From the NCBI GenBank assembly GCA_041664425.1, contig JBAYKU010000003.1, forward strand, positions 3,373-67,372: a stretch of DNA of 64,000 nt, read 5' to 3'. Positions 55,251 through 64,000 of this stretch are shown here, one piece after another. A program made the translations under genes and the position numbers. The DNA is from Minisyncoccota bacterium. GTDB taxonomy: Bacteria > Patescibacteriota > Minisyncoccia > Phycocordibacterales > XYD1-FULL-46-19. The notes beneath the pieces are model-generated. The model saw only the letters and a list, made by a program, of their open reading frames with translations. It had not been told where the DNA came from and made no database searches. The stretch's first letter is position 1. Every line of letters begins with the position of its first letter.

Positions 55251-56261
55251 TTACTCTGCTATTTTTTCTTTGATCTGAGTGGCGACTTGCTCTTTGATTT
55301 CTGGATTGTCGCGCAGGAAAGTGCGGGCCGCATCATAGCCTTTACCTAATTTAATACTGCCAAAAGAATAGGAGGCACCAGCTTTGGTTACTACGCCGTT
55401 TTTCTCACCTAGGGCAATCAATTCGCCTTCGGGGGAAATGCCTTCATTGTAGAGAATATCAAATTCAGCTTGTTTGAAAGGAGCCGCGACTTTATTTTTA
55501 ACTACCTTGACCCGAACTCGACCGCCGACAATCTCTTCACCCTTTTTGATTTGGGCGATGCGACGGATATCGAGGCGGACAGAAGAGAAGAATTTGAGAG
55601 CCTTGCCACCTGGGGTAGTTTCGGGATTGCCAAACATCACACCAATCTGCATACGAATCTGATTGATGAAAATAACGACCGTATTGCTTTTAGCGACGAT
55701 GGCCGTCATCTTGCGTAAGGTTTGCGACATCATACGGGCTTGTTTACCGACGTGATAATCGCCAACATCTCCCTCTATTTCATCTTTTGGTGTCAGAGCG
55801 GCGACTGAGTCGATAACCACGACGTCAATTTTACCGGTGCGGACGAGACTCTCGGCAATATCGAGGGCTTGCTCGCCGTAGTCTGGTTGGGAGATGAGTA
55901 ATTCATCAGTTAAGACCCCGAGACGCTTGGAATATTCTGGATCGAGAGCGTGCTCAGCATCAATAAAAGCACAGATGCCGCCTTTCTTTTGGGCTTCGGC
56001 AATGATGTGGAGGGCGAGGGTCGTCTTACCAGAAGATTCTGGTCCGAAGATCTCAATGACTCGTCCACGGGGGACGCCACCCACTCCTAGGGCCATATCT
56101 AGGCCGAGAGATCCAGTAGAAATAGCGTCGACACCTACTTTTGGTTTGTCACCCAGCTTCATGATCGCTTCATCGCCAAAACGGCTTTGAATAGATTTGA
56201 TTGTTTCTAAAACCGAAGCGCGATCGCCGCCAATCGGATGTGATTTCTCTTTTTTTGCCAT
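55251..56261 (-). CDS. recA: recombinase RecA
   Basis: Walker [11 protein letters not shown]1/L2 loops. Confidence 0.95.
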   Translation of the reverse strand: MAKKEKSHPIGGDRASVLETIKSIQSRFGDEAIMKLGDKPKVGVDAISTGSLGLDMALGVGGVPRGRVIEIFGPESSGKTTLALHIIAEAQKKGGICAFIDAEHALDPEYSKRLGVLTDELLISQPDYGEQALDIAESLVRTGKIDVVVIDSVAALTPKDEIEGDVGDYHVGKQARMMSQTLRKMTAIVAKSNTVVIFINQIRMQIGVMFGNPETTPGGKALKFFSSVRLDIRRIAQIKKGEEIVGGRVRVKVVKNKVAAPFKQAEFDILYNEGISPEGELIALGEKNGVVTKAGASYSFGSIKLGKGYDAARTFLRDNPEIKEQVATQIKEKIAE

Positions 56262-56390
56262 ATGTTTGCTTGTCCGCTTAGGTTCTTGGATAATCTACCA
56301 AAATTTTATTCACCTGCTTAACTTTTAAAAAAGTTTGGCTGGTAATAAAACTTAAGTAGACAAGAATTTTGGCGGGTTATATTAAGTTGC

Positions 56391-56744
56391 TTATTGGAAG
56401 ACCAATTCGACGTTTTTACTAATTTTTCGGCCAAAGCTATCTTCGGCTTTGAACTCAAGTATATTATAGCCTCTGGCTAGTAGCAAAGATTCATTGAACA
56501 CGCCGTTTTCGTCAGTAAAAATCTTGCGGTCGTTAAAATAGATTTTGGCGATCCTCTTAGCTTGGCCACTGATAGTGACTAAGGGAGTCCGATGAGTCGA
56601 GCCCGAGACGGGGGAGTCAATGATAATTTGGGGTCCCAATAAGACATTTTTAAGTTTGAGGCCAGAATAAACAGCCATGACTAAAAACAAAATAGTAATA
56701 GTAATTACTTTTATTGCTTGGCGAGTGGAATTAGGGGAACTCAT
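56391..56744 (-). CDS. hypothetical membrane-anchored secreted protein
   Basis: N-terminal TM + beta-rich domain. Confidence 0.35.
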   Translation of the reverse strand: MSSPNSTRQAIKVITITILFLVMAVYSGLKLKNVLLGPQIIIDSPVSGSTHRTPLVTISGQAKRIAKIYFNDRKIFTDENGVFNESLLLARGYNILEFKAEDSFGRKISKNVELVFQ

Positions 56745-56791
56745 AGTCTTTGCCTGGTGATTGGGGTGGATGGTTTTTGACTGAATAAAAG

Positions 56792-59101
56792 TTAAAAACC
56801 TTCTTGGCCATGAGCAATATCCTCGACCGTCTCGTCTGGTCGGTGAGAATAGACCTCTCTCGGTTTGGCGCCATCACCGGGACCAATCACCCCGCGTTCC
56901 TCGAGCATGTCGAGTAGACGAGCAGCGCGGGCATAACCAACCTTTAGTTTGCGTTGGAGGTAGGAGGCAGAAGCCTTGCCAGCTTCAACGACGGCCATCC
57001 GAGCTTCTTCGTAGAGGTTGTCATCGTCGCTATCTTCGCCTAAGGCAGTACCATAGAGGGCTTTGTTGCCAGCTACCTCATCGTTGCCTAGGCTAATCTC
57101 AGTCGGGAGAAATTCTCCAGCATACTGGTCAATCAAATAGGAGACGACTTTTTTAACTTCGGTTTCAGTGATGAAGGCCGACTGAACACGAATCGGTTTA
57201 GCCATTTCTCCACCGAGATAAAGCATGTCGCCAGCCCCGAGTAGTTTTTCAGCTCCAGCCATGTCAATAATAGTACGAGAGTCTATTTGCGAGGCGACTT
57301 GGAGGGCAATACGAGAAGGAATGTTAGCTTTAATCAGACCGGTAATAACCTCGACACTAGGACGCTGGGTAGAGAGGAGGAGGTGGATACCGACTGCGCG
57401 AGACATTTGGGCGAGACGGACGATAGCGGCTTCGAGCTCGCGTGGGTAGCTGGTCATAATATCGGCCAACTCATCAATAATGATGACAATATAAGGCATC
57501 CTTTCAATCTCTTCTGATTCATCTACCTCGCTACCTTTTTTACCAAGTTTTGATAGTTTGGTTTCTAAAATATTTTTATGATACGACTGAATATCGCGAA
57601 CCGATTCGGCCTCGAGAATATTGTAGCGGCGATCCATTTCTTTGGCGGCCCAACGCAAAGCCGCAATAGTTTTTTTAGGATCAGTGATGACTGGGGTGAG
57701 GAGGTGAGGAATTTTGTTGTAGAGGGTTAGCTCAACCCGCTTTGGGTCAATCATGATAAAGCGTAATTGTTCTGGTGAATTGCGATAGAGGAGGGAAGTA
57801 ATAATAGTATGGATAGTGACAGATTTACCAGAACCAGTGGCTCCGGCGATCAGCATGTGGGGCGATTTGGCGAGGTTGGTGTATTGGGGTAGACCAGAAA
57901 TGCCTTTACCGAGGGCAATATAAAGTGGGAAGTTGGACTCAGCAAATTCTTTGGTCCCGAGCATGGTCGCTAAACCGACAGTGGCTTTAGTGGTGTTGGG
58001 GATTTCGATACCAACGAGAGATTTACCAGGGATTGGGGCTTCGATTCTGAGTGGGTGGGCGGCGAGAGCGAGAGAAAGGTCGTTTTGCAGGGCGATAATT
58101 CGTGAGAGCTTCATACCCTCGGCTGGCTTTAGAGCATAGCGGGTGACCGATGGTCCGATCGAAACCTCGTCCATTTCGACATTGATGCCAAAATTAGACA
58201 GAGTTCTTTTAATAATATTCATGTTGGCTTTGATGTCGCCAACCCCCGGCTTGCCACTATCTCGTTCGAGTAATGATAGTGGGGGTGGAGTGAAAGCGCT
58301 GATGCCACCGCGTTTGGCAAAAGACATGGCGCTAGCAAAGAAGCTCTCGTCCGAAGTAGTTTTTTTAGGTTCAACAACTTTATTGGCGGAGCGGTCGTCT
58401 TTGTTGGCGTTGTCTACTTTGTTGGCTTCTGATACGCGAGCTTCTTCGTCGGTGGTTAGCTTGCCGTCAACTGGCACGTTCTCCAATTCTTTTTTGCGGA
58501 AAAGTTTGAGGGGATTGAGAAAACCAGTATCAAAAACTACCAATAAAGAAACCACGGCGATAGCAACCAAGAAAATCAAACTGATATAGAAATCAAACAA
58601 AGAGAGCATGGGCTTGGACAAGAGAGTGCCGACATTACCACCAGCTTTTTCGCCGAAAATCAGACTGGTTACAGCCAAAGCCGAAACGAAAAATAGTAGC
58701 CCACCCAGTAGTCTGGAAAGGACAAAGTTTGGTCGCATTGATTTGAAAAAAGAAAAGGACAACGACAGAAACACTACTGGAATCAAGAAGAAACCAGCCC
58801 CGAATAATTTATCGAAAAGCTGATAAATAAAATCACCAGCCACCCCGGCTTTTTGGAAACGGGCGAGCATAAAAAAGGCGGCCAGCGCCAAACCGGCAAT
58901 AGCCAGAGCCCCATGCTTGGTCTCTTCTTTGAAGCTGATTTTAGGAACAGAAAAATCGGGATCAAGATCTTTTTTTGGACGATTTTTTCTCTCGTTTTGA
59001 TTAATTTTTTTACGGCCCATATTTTGATTTTTAGATTCTTTTATAACTGACACTATTATAGCAAAAACCAACCCTATAACCAAAAAAGCCTTATAGGACA
59101 A
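56792..59101 (-). CDS. ftsK: DNA translocase FtsK/SpoIIIE
   Basis: N-terminal TM helices, motor domain Walker A IAGATGSGKS, C-terminal gamma winged helix. Confidence 0.9.
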   Translation of the reverse strand: MSYKAFLVIGLVFAIIVSVIKESKNQNMGRKKINQNERKNRPKKDLDPDFSVPKISFKEETKHGALAIAGLALAAFFMLARFQKAGVAGDFIYQLFDKLFGAGFFLIPVVFLSLSFSFFKSMRPNFVLSRLLGGLLFFVSALAVTSLIFGEKAGGNVGTLLSKPMLSLFDFYISLIFLVAIAVVSLLVVFDTGFLNPLKLFRKKELENVPVDGKLTTDEEARVSEANKVDNANKDDRSANKVVEPKKTTSDESFFASAMSFAKRGGISAFTPPPLSLLERDSGKPGVGDIKANMNIIKRTLSNFGINVEMDEVSIGPSVTRYALKPAEGMKLSRIIALQNDLSLALAAHPLRIEAPIPGKSLVGIEIPNTTKATVGLATMLGTKEFAESNFPLYIALGKGISGLPQYTNLAKSPHMLIAGATGSGKSVTIHTIITSLLYRNSPEQLRFIMIDPKRVELTLYNKIPHLLTPVITDPKKTIAALRWAAKEMDRRYNILEAESVRDIQSYHKNILETKLSKLGKKGSEVDESEEIERMPYIVIIIDELADIMTSYPRELEAAIVRLAQMSRAVGIHLLLSTQRPSVEVITGLIKANIPSRIALQVASQIDSRTIIDMAGAEKLLGAGDMLYLGGEMAKPIRVQSAFITETEVKKVVSYLIDQYAGEFLPTEISLGNDEVAGNKALYGTALGEDSDDDNLYEEARMAVVEAGKASASYLQRKLKVGYARAARLLDMLEERGVIGPGDGAKPREVYSHRPDETVEDIAHGQEGF

Positions 59102-59189
59102 TGTTTTTTGGATGGCCTATAGACAAAAATGTCCGACAGGTATACAATAAAAGACAATCATTGTCTAGGACAAAAACAAAAAGACAAAC

Positions 59190-60011
59190 ATGTTGGAACA
59201 AAAAGACAACAAATTAAAAGACATAAACCTATTGGCCAATAAGGGTCAGCGTCTATCTCGTGCCATCTATTTGGTCAGCTCGTTTGTCCCCGACCAAGAC
59301 CCTTTGAAGTGGAAGATTAGGGAACGGGCGATTGAATTAATGTCCGATGCCAAAACTTTAGGACAGAGTATTGAAAAGTCCGATAATAATGGACAGAACA
59401 ATTTAGAGTCAGAAATTGTCCTCAACAAATTAAATGGACATCTCGATCAGCTCCTGTCCCTGATGGATTTGGCTGTGGCTGGGGGAGCTATTTCGGAAAT
59501 GAACTTTGGTATTCTCAAACAAGAAACGTCTGTATTATCGGAAAAAGTTTCTCGCGGAATTGAGGAAATTGCTTCTCTGTGTTTTGTTGATGGTCCGGAT
59601 GAAGAGATCAGAACTGTCAATGGTTTTCCAATTTCCGGTTTTAACCGTCAAGTTCGGACACCGGCTATCGCTTCAAATCTGACCCATAACCAAGGTCCTC
59701 ATATTGGACAAGTACATGTCACAGCCCCGGCTGTTTCTAATGGACAAAAAAGTGCCAAAATGATTTCAGGGGAGAGTCCTAGTCCGATTAATCGTGCTCG
59801 ACCAAACAAGTCTGAAAGCCGTGATAATAGAAAGAAAACTATCAATGATTTCGTAAAAGGGAAGAGTTGGACTTCCATAAAAGACATTGCTACGGCAGTC
59901 CATGGTTGTAGTGAAAAAACCGTTCAGCGCCTGCTGGCTGAAATGGTCGAAGAGGGGGCTCTAAAAAAGCAGGGTGAACGTCGTTGGTCGCGATATATGC
60001 TTGCCCAGTAA
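59190..60011 (+). CDS. hypothetical protein with C-terminal winged-helix DNA-binding domain
   Basis: C-terminal SIKDIATAVHGCSEKTVQRLLAEMVEEGAL HTH-like segment. Confidence 0.35.
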   Translation: MLEQKDNKLKDINLLANKGQRLSRAIYLVSSFVPDQDPLKWKIRERAIELMSDAKTLGQSIEKSDNNGQNNLESEIVLNKLNGHLDQLLSLMDLAVAGGAISEMNFGILKQETSVLSEKVSRGIEEIASLCFVDGPDEEIRTVNGFPISGFNRQVRTPAIASNLTHNQGPHIGQVHVTAPAVSNGQKSAKMISGESPSPINRARPNKSESRDNRKKTINDFVKGKSWTSIKDIATAVHGCSEKTVQRLLAEMVEEGALKKQGERRWSRYMLAQ

Positions 60012-60445
60012 GTTTTCTTAGAAAATTTATGTTGGCTTGCCCGGTAGTGATTTTGTACTCAAAATCTACTACCTGGGTTGATTTTTACCCTTGTTTTTGC
60101 TAAGATATCAACAGGCCAAAAACCGTGGTTTCTCTGTGGTTATCCACAAAAGTTTTTGCGGTTTTAGGACAGGAATAATATAATCAGACTATGGCAGTTT
60201 TGTCTGTCCCTTGTCATTTGAATACACCGAAAGAATAAACGTTAGAAACTCCTTTCTTTCCCTTTGTTTATTAAACACTCGCAGAGACGGGTGGTTAATG
60301 AATCGTCGCGAATTGGCTACAAAATAGTTAATTGGTGGCGAGCGTGAACCCGCCGAGATAAGTCGATGGCGGTTGGTTCACCGAAAAATTAATTAGTTTA
60401 TTAGAATAGATTATAAGTTCAATTATTAAGAATTAACCCAATTAT

Positions 60446-62362
60446 ATGAGTAAAATGTTTAAACTTACTTCATTGGTTGTTGGTTTGGCGATGGTCTTGT
60501 CGTTCGTAGCAGTTCCTGCTTCGGCCGCTACCATTGATGAGTTGATGGCGCAAATTGCGACTTTGACTGCCCAAATCGCTGCCTTGAAGGGTGGTGCTAC
60601 TGCTACCACTGCTACCACTTTCACCCGTGACCTTACTGTAGGTTCCACTGGTGCTGATGTTAGCGCTTTGCAGCAAATTTTAATCGACAGTGGTTACTTG
60701 GATATCGTTACCCCGACCACCTACTTTGGTTCTATGACCAAGGCGGCCCTCGTTAAGTACCAGAAAGAGAATGGTATCTCTGCCACTGGTTACTTCGGTC
60801 CAATCACTCGTGGGTTTGTTAACTCAACTGTTACCACTACCACGACCACTACCACCACTACTACTGGTATCACAACTCCAGGTGTTGAAGGTAGTATCAC
60901 CGTTTCCGCTAACCCAACTCCAAGCTCTGGCCAAACCATTCGCGAAGGTGACTCAAATGTTAGCGTGTTAGGTCTTAAATTAGAGGCCAAACTTTCTGAC
61001 ATTAGTATCCAACGCGTAAAGGTTGATTTGGGAACCTCTTCCGTTTTCTACGGCAAGTTGTTCACCACTATCTCTTTGGTTGATGACTCCGGTCGTGTCT
61101 TAGTTGAATCTCCTTTGAATTCTTCTACTGTTGTCAAAGAAGATACCACCTACTACATCACCTTGTCTGGTTTCAACTATGTTGTTGCCAAGAATTCTAC
61201 CAAGGTCTTGACCTTAAGACTTAGCGCCATGGGTTCTATCGATAGCACCTATGATGCCTCTGCTGCTTACGGTCTTTTGATTCCTGCCAACGGTGTTCGT
61301 GGTGTTGATGGTGCTGGCTTGAGCCAGACTGGTCCTTCTACGGCCTTGTCTCGCCGAACTGTTACTATTGATTCCGATGCTTTGGTTGATGCCGCTACTT
61401 TGAAGATCACTTACAACAGTGCTTCTCTCGGTACTCAACAAATCGTTGCTGATCAAAACACTACCAAGGATGAGTATGCCAAACTTCCTCTTTTGACCTT
61501 CGATATGAAGGCTGAAAAGGATAATGTCACTGTGACTGACTTGATTGTCAATATCACCAGAGGTGGAGTTACCACCACTGCGTCTGGCACCACTGTCTAT
61601 CTTATGGACGGTAGTAATGTTATCGGTTCAGCCAACTTGGTTGGTACTAGCTTGACTGCTATGACTGCCACCTTTGCTGATGACTTTGTCATCCCAGCCG
61701 ATACCACCAAGACTTTGACTGTTAAGATGGATGTTGTTGATGCTGGTACTGATATCACCACTTTTGTCGCTGTTGTTACAGCTGGCACTGATGTTGATGC
61801 TGAAAATTCCAATGGTACTGCCGTCGTTGAGACTGGTACTGCCACTGGTAACACTATCTCTATCTTGAAGAGCGGTCTCCAAGTTTCTTTGGATTCCAAT
61901 CCTACTATTGAGAAAGTGATTACTTCCAACAACACCAACAGTACTACGACCGTGACCGCGACCTTCAATGTTCGTGTCAAGGCCTTTGGTGCTGATGTCG
62001 TTTTGCCAACTGTGGCTTCCGATACCCCAATGTTTGCTAAGACTGGTGCTACTAATAGCTTTACGGTTTACGCTGATGGCGTCGCCTCAGCTTTGACTGC
62101 TTACGCTACTAGTACTAACTACACCATCCCATCCACTTGTTCGACTGCTGGTTTGACCAACGGTTGTACTTTGGCTGAAGGTAGTGAAGTTTTGATCCCA
62201 GTCACCTACACCTTCTCGAGCCGAAATGTCGCTGGTACCGCTCTTACTGCTGGTAACTACGCCGTTCAGCTTATCAAGGTTAACTACGGTGCTACTGTGA
62301 CCACTAGCACTTTCATGTCTAGCTTGAGTAATTGGAGATCTCCTTCAACTTACGTCAACTAG
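60446..62362 (+). CDS. secreted cell-surface protein: signal peptide, coiled coil, peptidoglycan-binding domain, poly-Thr linker, large Thr/Val/Ser-rich beta domain
   Basis: PG_binding-like LTVGSTGADVSALQQIL...GYFGPIT; TTTTTTTTTTG linker. Confidence 0.55.
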   Translation: MSKMFKLTSLVVGLAMVLSFVAVPASAATIDELMAQIATLTAQIAALKGGATATTATTFTRDLTVGSTGADVSALQQILIDSGYLDIVTPTTYFGSMTKAALVKYQKENGISATGYFGPITRGFVNSTVTTTTTTTTTTTGITTPGVEGSITVSANPTPSSGQTIREGDSNVSVLGLKLEAKLSDISIQRVKVDLGTSSVFYGKLFTTISLVDDSGRVLVESPLNSSTVVKEDTTYYITLSGFNYVVAKNSTKVLTLRLSAMGSIDSTYDASAAYGLLIPANGVRGVDGAGLSQTGPSTALSRRTVTIDSDALVDAATLKITYNSASLGTQQIVADQNTTKDEYAKLPLLTFDMKAEKDNVTVTDLIVNITRGGVTTTASGTTVYLMDGSNVIGSANLVGTSLTAMTATFADDFVIPADTTKTLTVKMDVVDAGTDITTFVAVVTAGTDVDAENSNGTAVVETGTATGNTISILKSGLQVSLDSNPTIEKVITSNNTNSTTTVTATFNVRVKAFGADVVLPTVASDTPMFAKTGATNSFTVYADGVASALTAYATSTNYTIPSTCSTAGLTNGCTLAEGSEVLIPVTYTFSSRNVAGTALTAGNYAVQLIKVNYGATVTTSTFMSSLSNWRSPSTYVN

Positions 62363-62638
62363 TCATAATCTAACTTTTAGTTAGTCTGCCAAAAGTAGAC
62401 TCAAACTAAGTTTAAGATTACAAAAAACCGCCCAAAAGGCGGTTTTTTGTTTGAAGATTTTTTTATCTAGGGTATATAATGAGGTTGGTTTTTACTATTA
62501 AAATTTTAAAATTTAATTTAATCCGGCAAAATTCTTGTCTACTTAAGTTTTGTTTACCCGCCAAACTTTTTTAAAAGTTAAGCGGGTGAATAAAATTTTG
62601 GTAGATTGTGCAAGAAACTTAAGCGGACAGGTAAATAT

Positions 62639-63103
62639 ATGAAAAAGATATCAAAGGGGTGGTGGGGATTAGCAATCGTAGTCGCAGTGATTATTTTTTG
62701 GTTTGGGGTTGGGCAAAAGATGTTTGTCCATTGGCAACAGCAGAGATATATTGCCAGTGTTGAGGTGCTAAAGGCCGAGTATAAAAATGACACTTATGGC
62801 GGGGCGACACCGGAAGAGACTTTGCAGCTGTTTATCAAGGCTTTCCAGGCGGGGGATTTGGAACTGGCCAGTAAGTATTTTATTATCGAAAAACAGGCCG
62901 AATACCTAGATAAGATGCAAAATTGGGTGAAGTTGGGGAAGGGGGAGGAGATAATAAGTACTTTATCATTAGCTACTTGGAGCGGTGATAGTAAATCAAA
63001 TCAAGATCAAATGGATGTGTGGGGAAAAAATAGAGAATCCATACTAAGCATTTTCTTTATAAAAAACGAATTTACTAAGAAATGGAAGCTCATCAATATG
63101 TAA
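62639..63103 (+). CDS. hypothetical membrane-anchored protein
   Basis: ORF with N-terminal TM. Confidence 0.35.
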   Translation: MKKISKGWWGLAIVVAVIIFWFGVGQKMFVHWQQQRYIASVEVLKAEYKNDTYGGATPEETLQLFIKAFQAGDLELASKYFIIEKQAEYLDKMQNWVKLGKGEEIISTLSLATWSGDSKSNQDQMDVWGKNRESILSIFFIKNEFTKKWKLINM

Positions 63104-64000
63104 AAGTAATACTAGCGTTGGTTTTTCTGCCAACGCTAGTATTTGGTTATGATAAAGACATCACCCACCCCTTTTTGACTGGCGAGGCGATCAAATTATC
63201 CGAAGCCAGTTTCAGTCAGAATTTTTCTGGTGCCGAAGTCCAGGCCATCAAAACTGGGTCAATCGAGGAGGATGCTGGTGACCGACCCCTGAACCACTTT
63301 TATGATCCGATTCGTCAGGCCGGTTTGTATGGCTTTGTTTCTTCTAAAAGCTGGGCTCATGGACATAATACTGGTGGCAATGCTTATTCTTGGGAGAATG
63401 CCATTTATGAGTATGTCTATGGTGACAAAGCTAAGGGCCTAAATACTTTGGGTCATGTCGTCCACCTAGTCCAGGATGCGACCGTGCCCGATCATACGCG
63501 GGCTGATAATCACTATTGGCACTCGACTTATGAATCGTATGCCAAGGTTCAGACCTTTGTTGGCTCCGCCGAACCAATCATCCTTGATTCTTTGGATGCT
63601 TATTTTGATCAGACGGCCAGTTTTTCTAATGGTAATTTTTTTAGTGACGATACTATTTTAAATGGATATCAAGAGCCTAAAATAATAAAAGAATCTAAGG
63701 AATTAGGAAAAGACGGAAATTTTAGAAATTATGGTTATGGAAAAGTTGGAGAGAAAATAGTTCTAATTGTAAATGAAATAGGGAATGATGGGGTTATTAA
63801 AAAAAATTATTCTATTTATGATAAGAATGACAACCAAGTCATGTCCGCCTACTGGTCCACGCTGGCACCCAAAGCGGTGGGCTATAGTGCTGGAGTAATA
63901 AAACTATTCTTGGCTGAAGTAGAAAAAGAACGGCAAACTCACGCCTTACAAAAAGCGCGGGAGCCGTGGTGGCAGAAATTGATTGCGGCCGCTAAACTAA
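63082..64000 (+). CDS. secreted zinc-dependent phospholipase C / S1-P1 nuclease-like protein (3' end beyond window)
   Basis: signal peptide VKVILALVFLPTLVFG; GHVVHLVQDATVPDHT (H...D...H zinc motif); frame open to the window end and not in the ORF track. Confidence 0.45.
   Translation, partial: MEAHQYVKVILALVFLPTLVFGYDKDITHPFLTGEAIKLSEASFSQNFSGAEVQAIKTGSIEEDAGDRPLNHFYDPIRQAGLYGFVSSKSWAHGHNTGGNAYSWENAIYEYVYGDKAKGLNTLGHVVHLVQDATVPDHTRADNHYWHSTYESYAKVQTFVGSAEPIILDSLDAYFDQTASFSNGNFFSDDTILNGYQEPKIIKESKELGKDGNFRNYGYGKVGEKIVLIVNEIGNDGVIKKNYSIYDKNDNQVMSAYWSTLAPKAVGYSAGVIKLFLAEVEKERQTHALQKAREPWWQKLIAAAKL

Noticed and set aside
1-64000. CRISPR arrays
   Set aside because: No short direct-repeat/spacer periodicity was seen anywhere in the window.

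Overview
This is a low-GC, gene-dense bacterial chromosome segment whose architecture looks like a Candidate Phyla Radiation / Patescibacteria genome, though I cannot confirm that from sequence alone. It carries about 80 CDS, 7 tRNAs, many small proteins and a pilMNO cluster. The housekeeping content is heavy in DNA repair and replication (polA, UDG, xth, fpg, alkD, ruvA, ruvX, recO, recA, ssb, ftsK), translation (argS, ileS, metG, efp, S6/S18/S20/L11/L19, secE-nusG) and cell envelope functions.

The clearest accessory system is a complete diversity-generating retroelement (DGR) at about 23.7-26.3 kb. It consists of a target gene whose 3' variable repeat (VR) differs from a downstream template repeat (TR) only at TR adenines, a perfect GC hairpin after the VR, an Avd-family gene on the opposite strand, and a 331-aa reverse transcriptase with a YADD motif. 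The whole cassette sits next to tRNA-Val.

Other notable items are:
- an isoleucyl-tRNA synthetase carrying a roughly 195-aa histidine-phosphatase (PGAM-like) domain inserted in its catalytic core;
- a compositionally foreign (GC-rich) thymidylate-synthesis island (nucleotidyltransferase, extended dCMP deaminase, HIT protein, thyA, folA) inserted after rplK and beside glyA-dut;
- a restriction-modification plus LexA-like island beside tRNA-Ser;
- five free-standing homing-endonuclease genes (GIY-YIG, HNH, LAGLIDADG, tandem Zn-ribbon HNH), mostly abutting tRNA genes;
- two MITE-like inverted-repeat elements;
- tRNA-derived fragment scars next to a tRNA-Arg with an unusual GCG anticodon;
- two long GC-rich structured intergenic regions (8.5-9.0 kb and 54.0-54.5 kb) that are candidate ncRNAs I could not classify.
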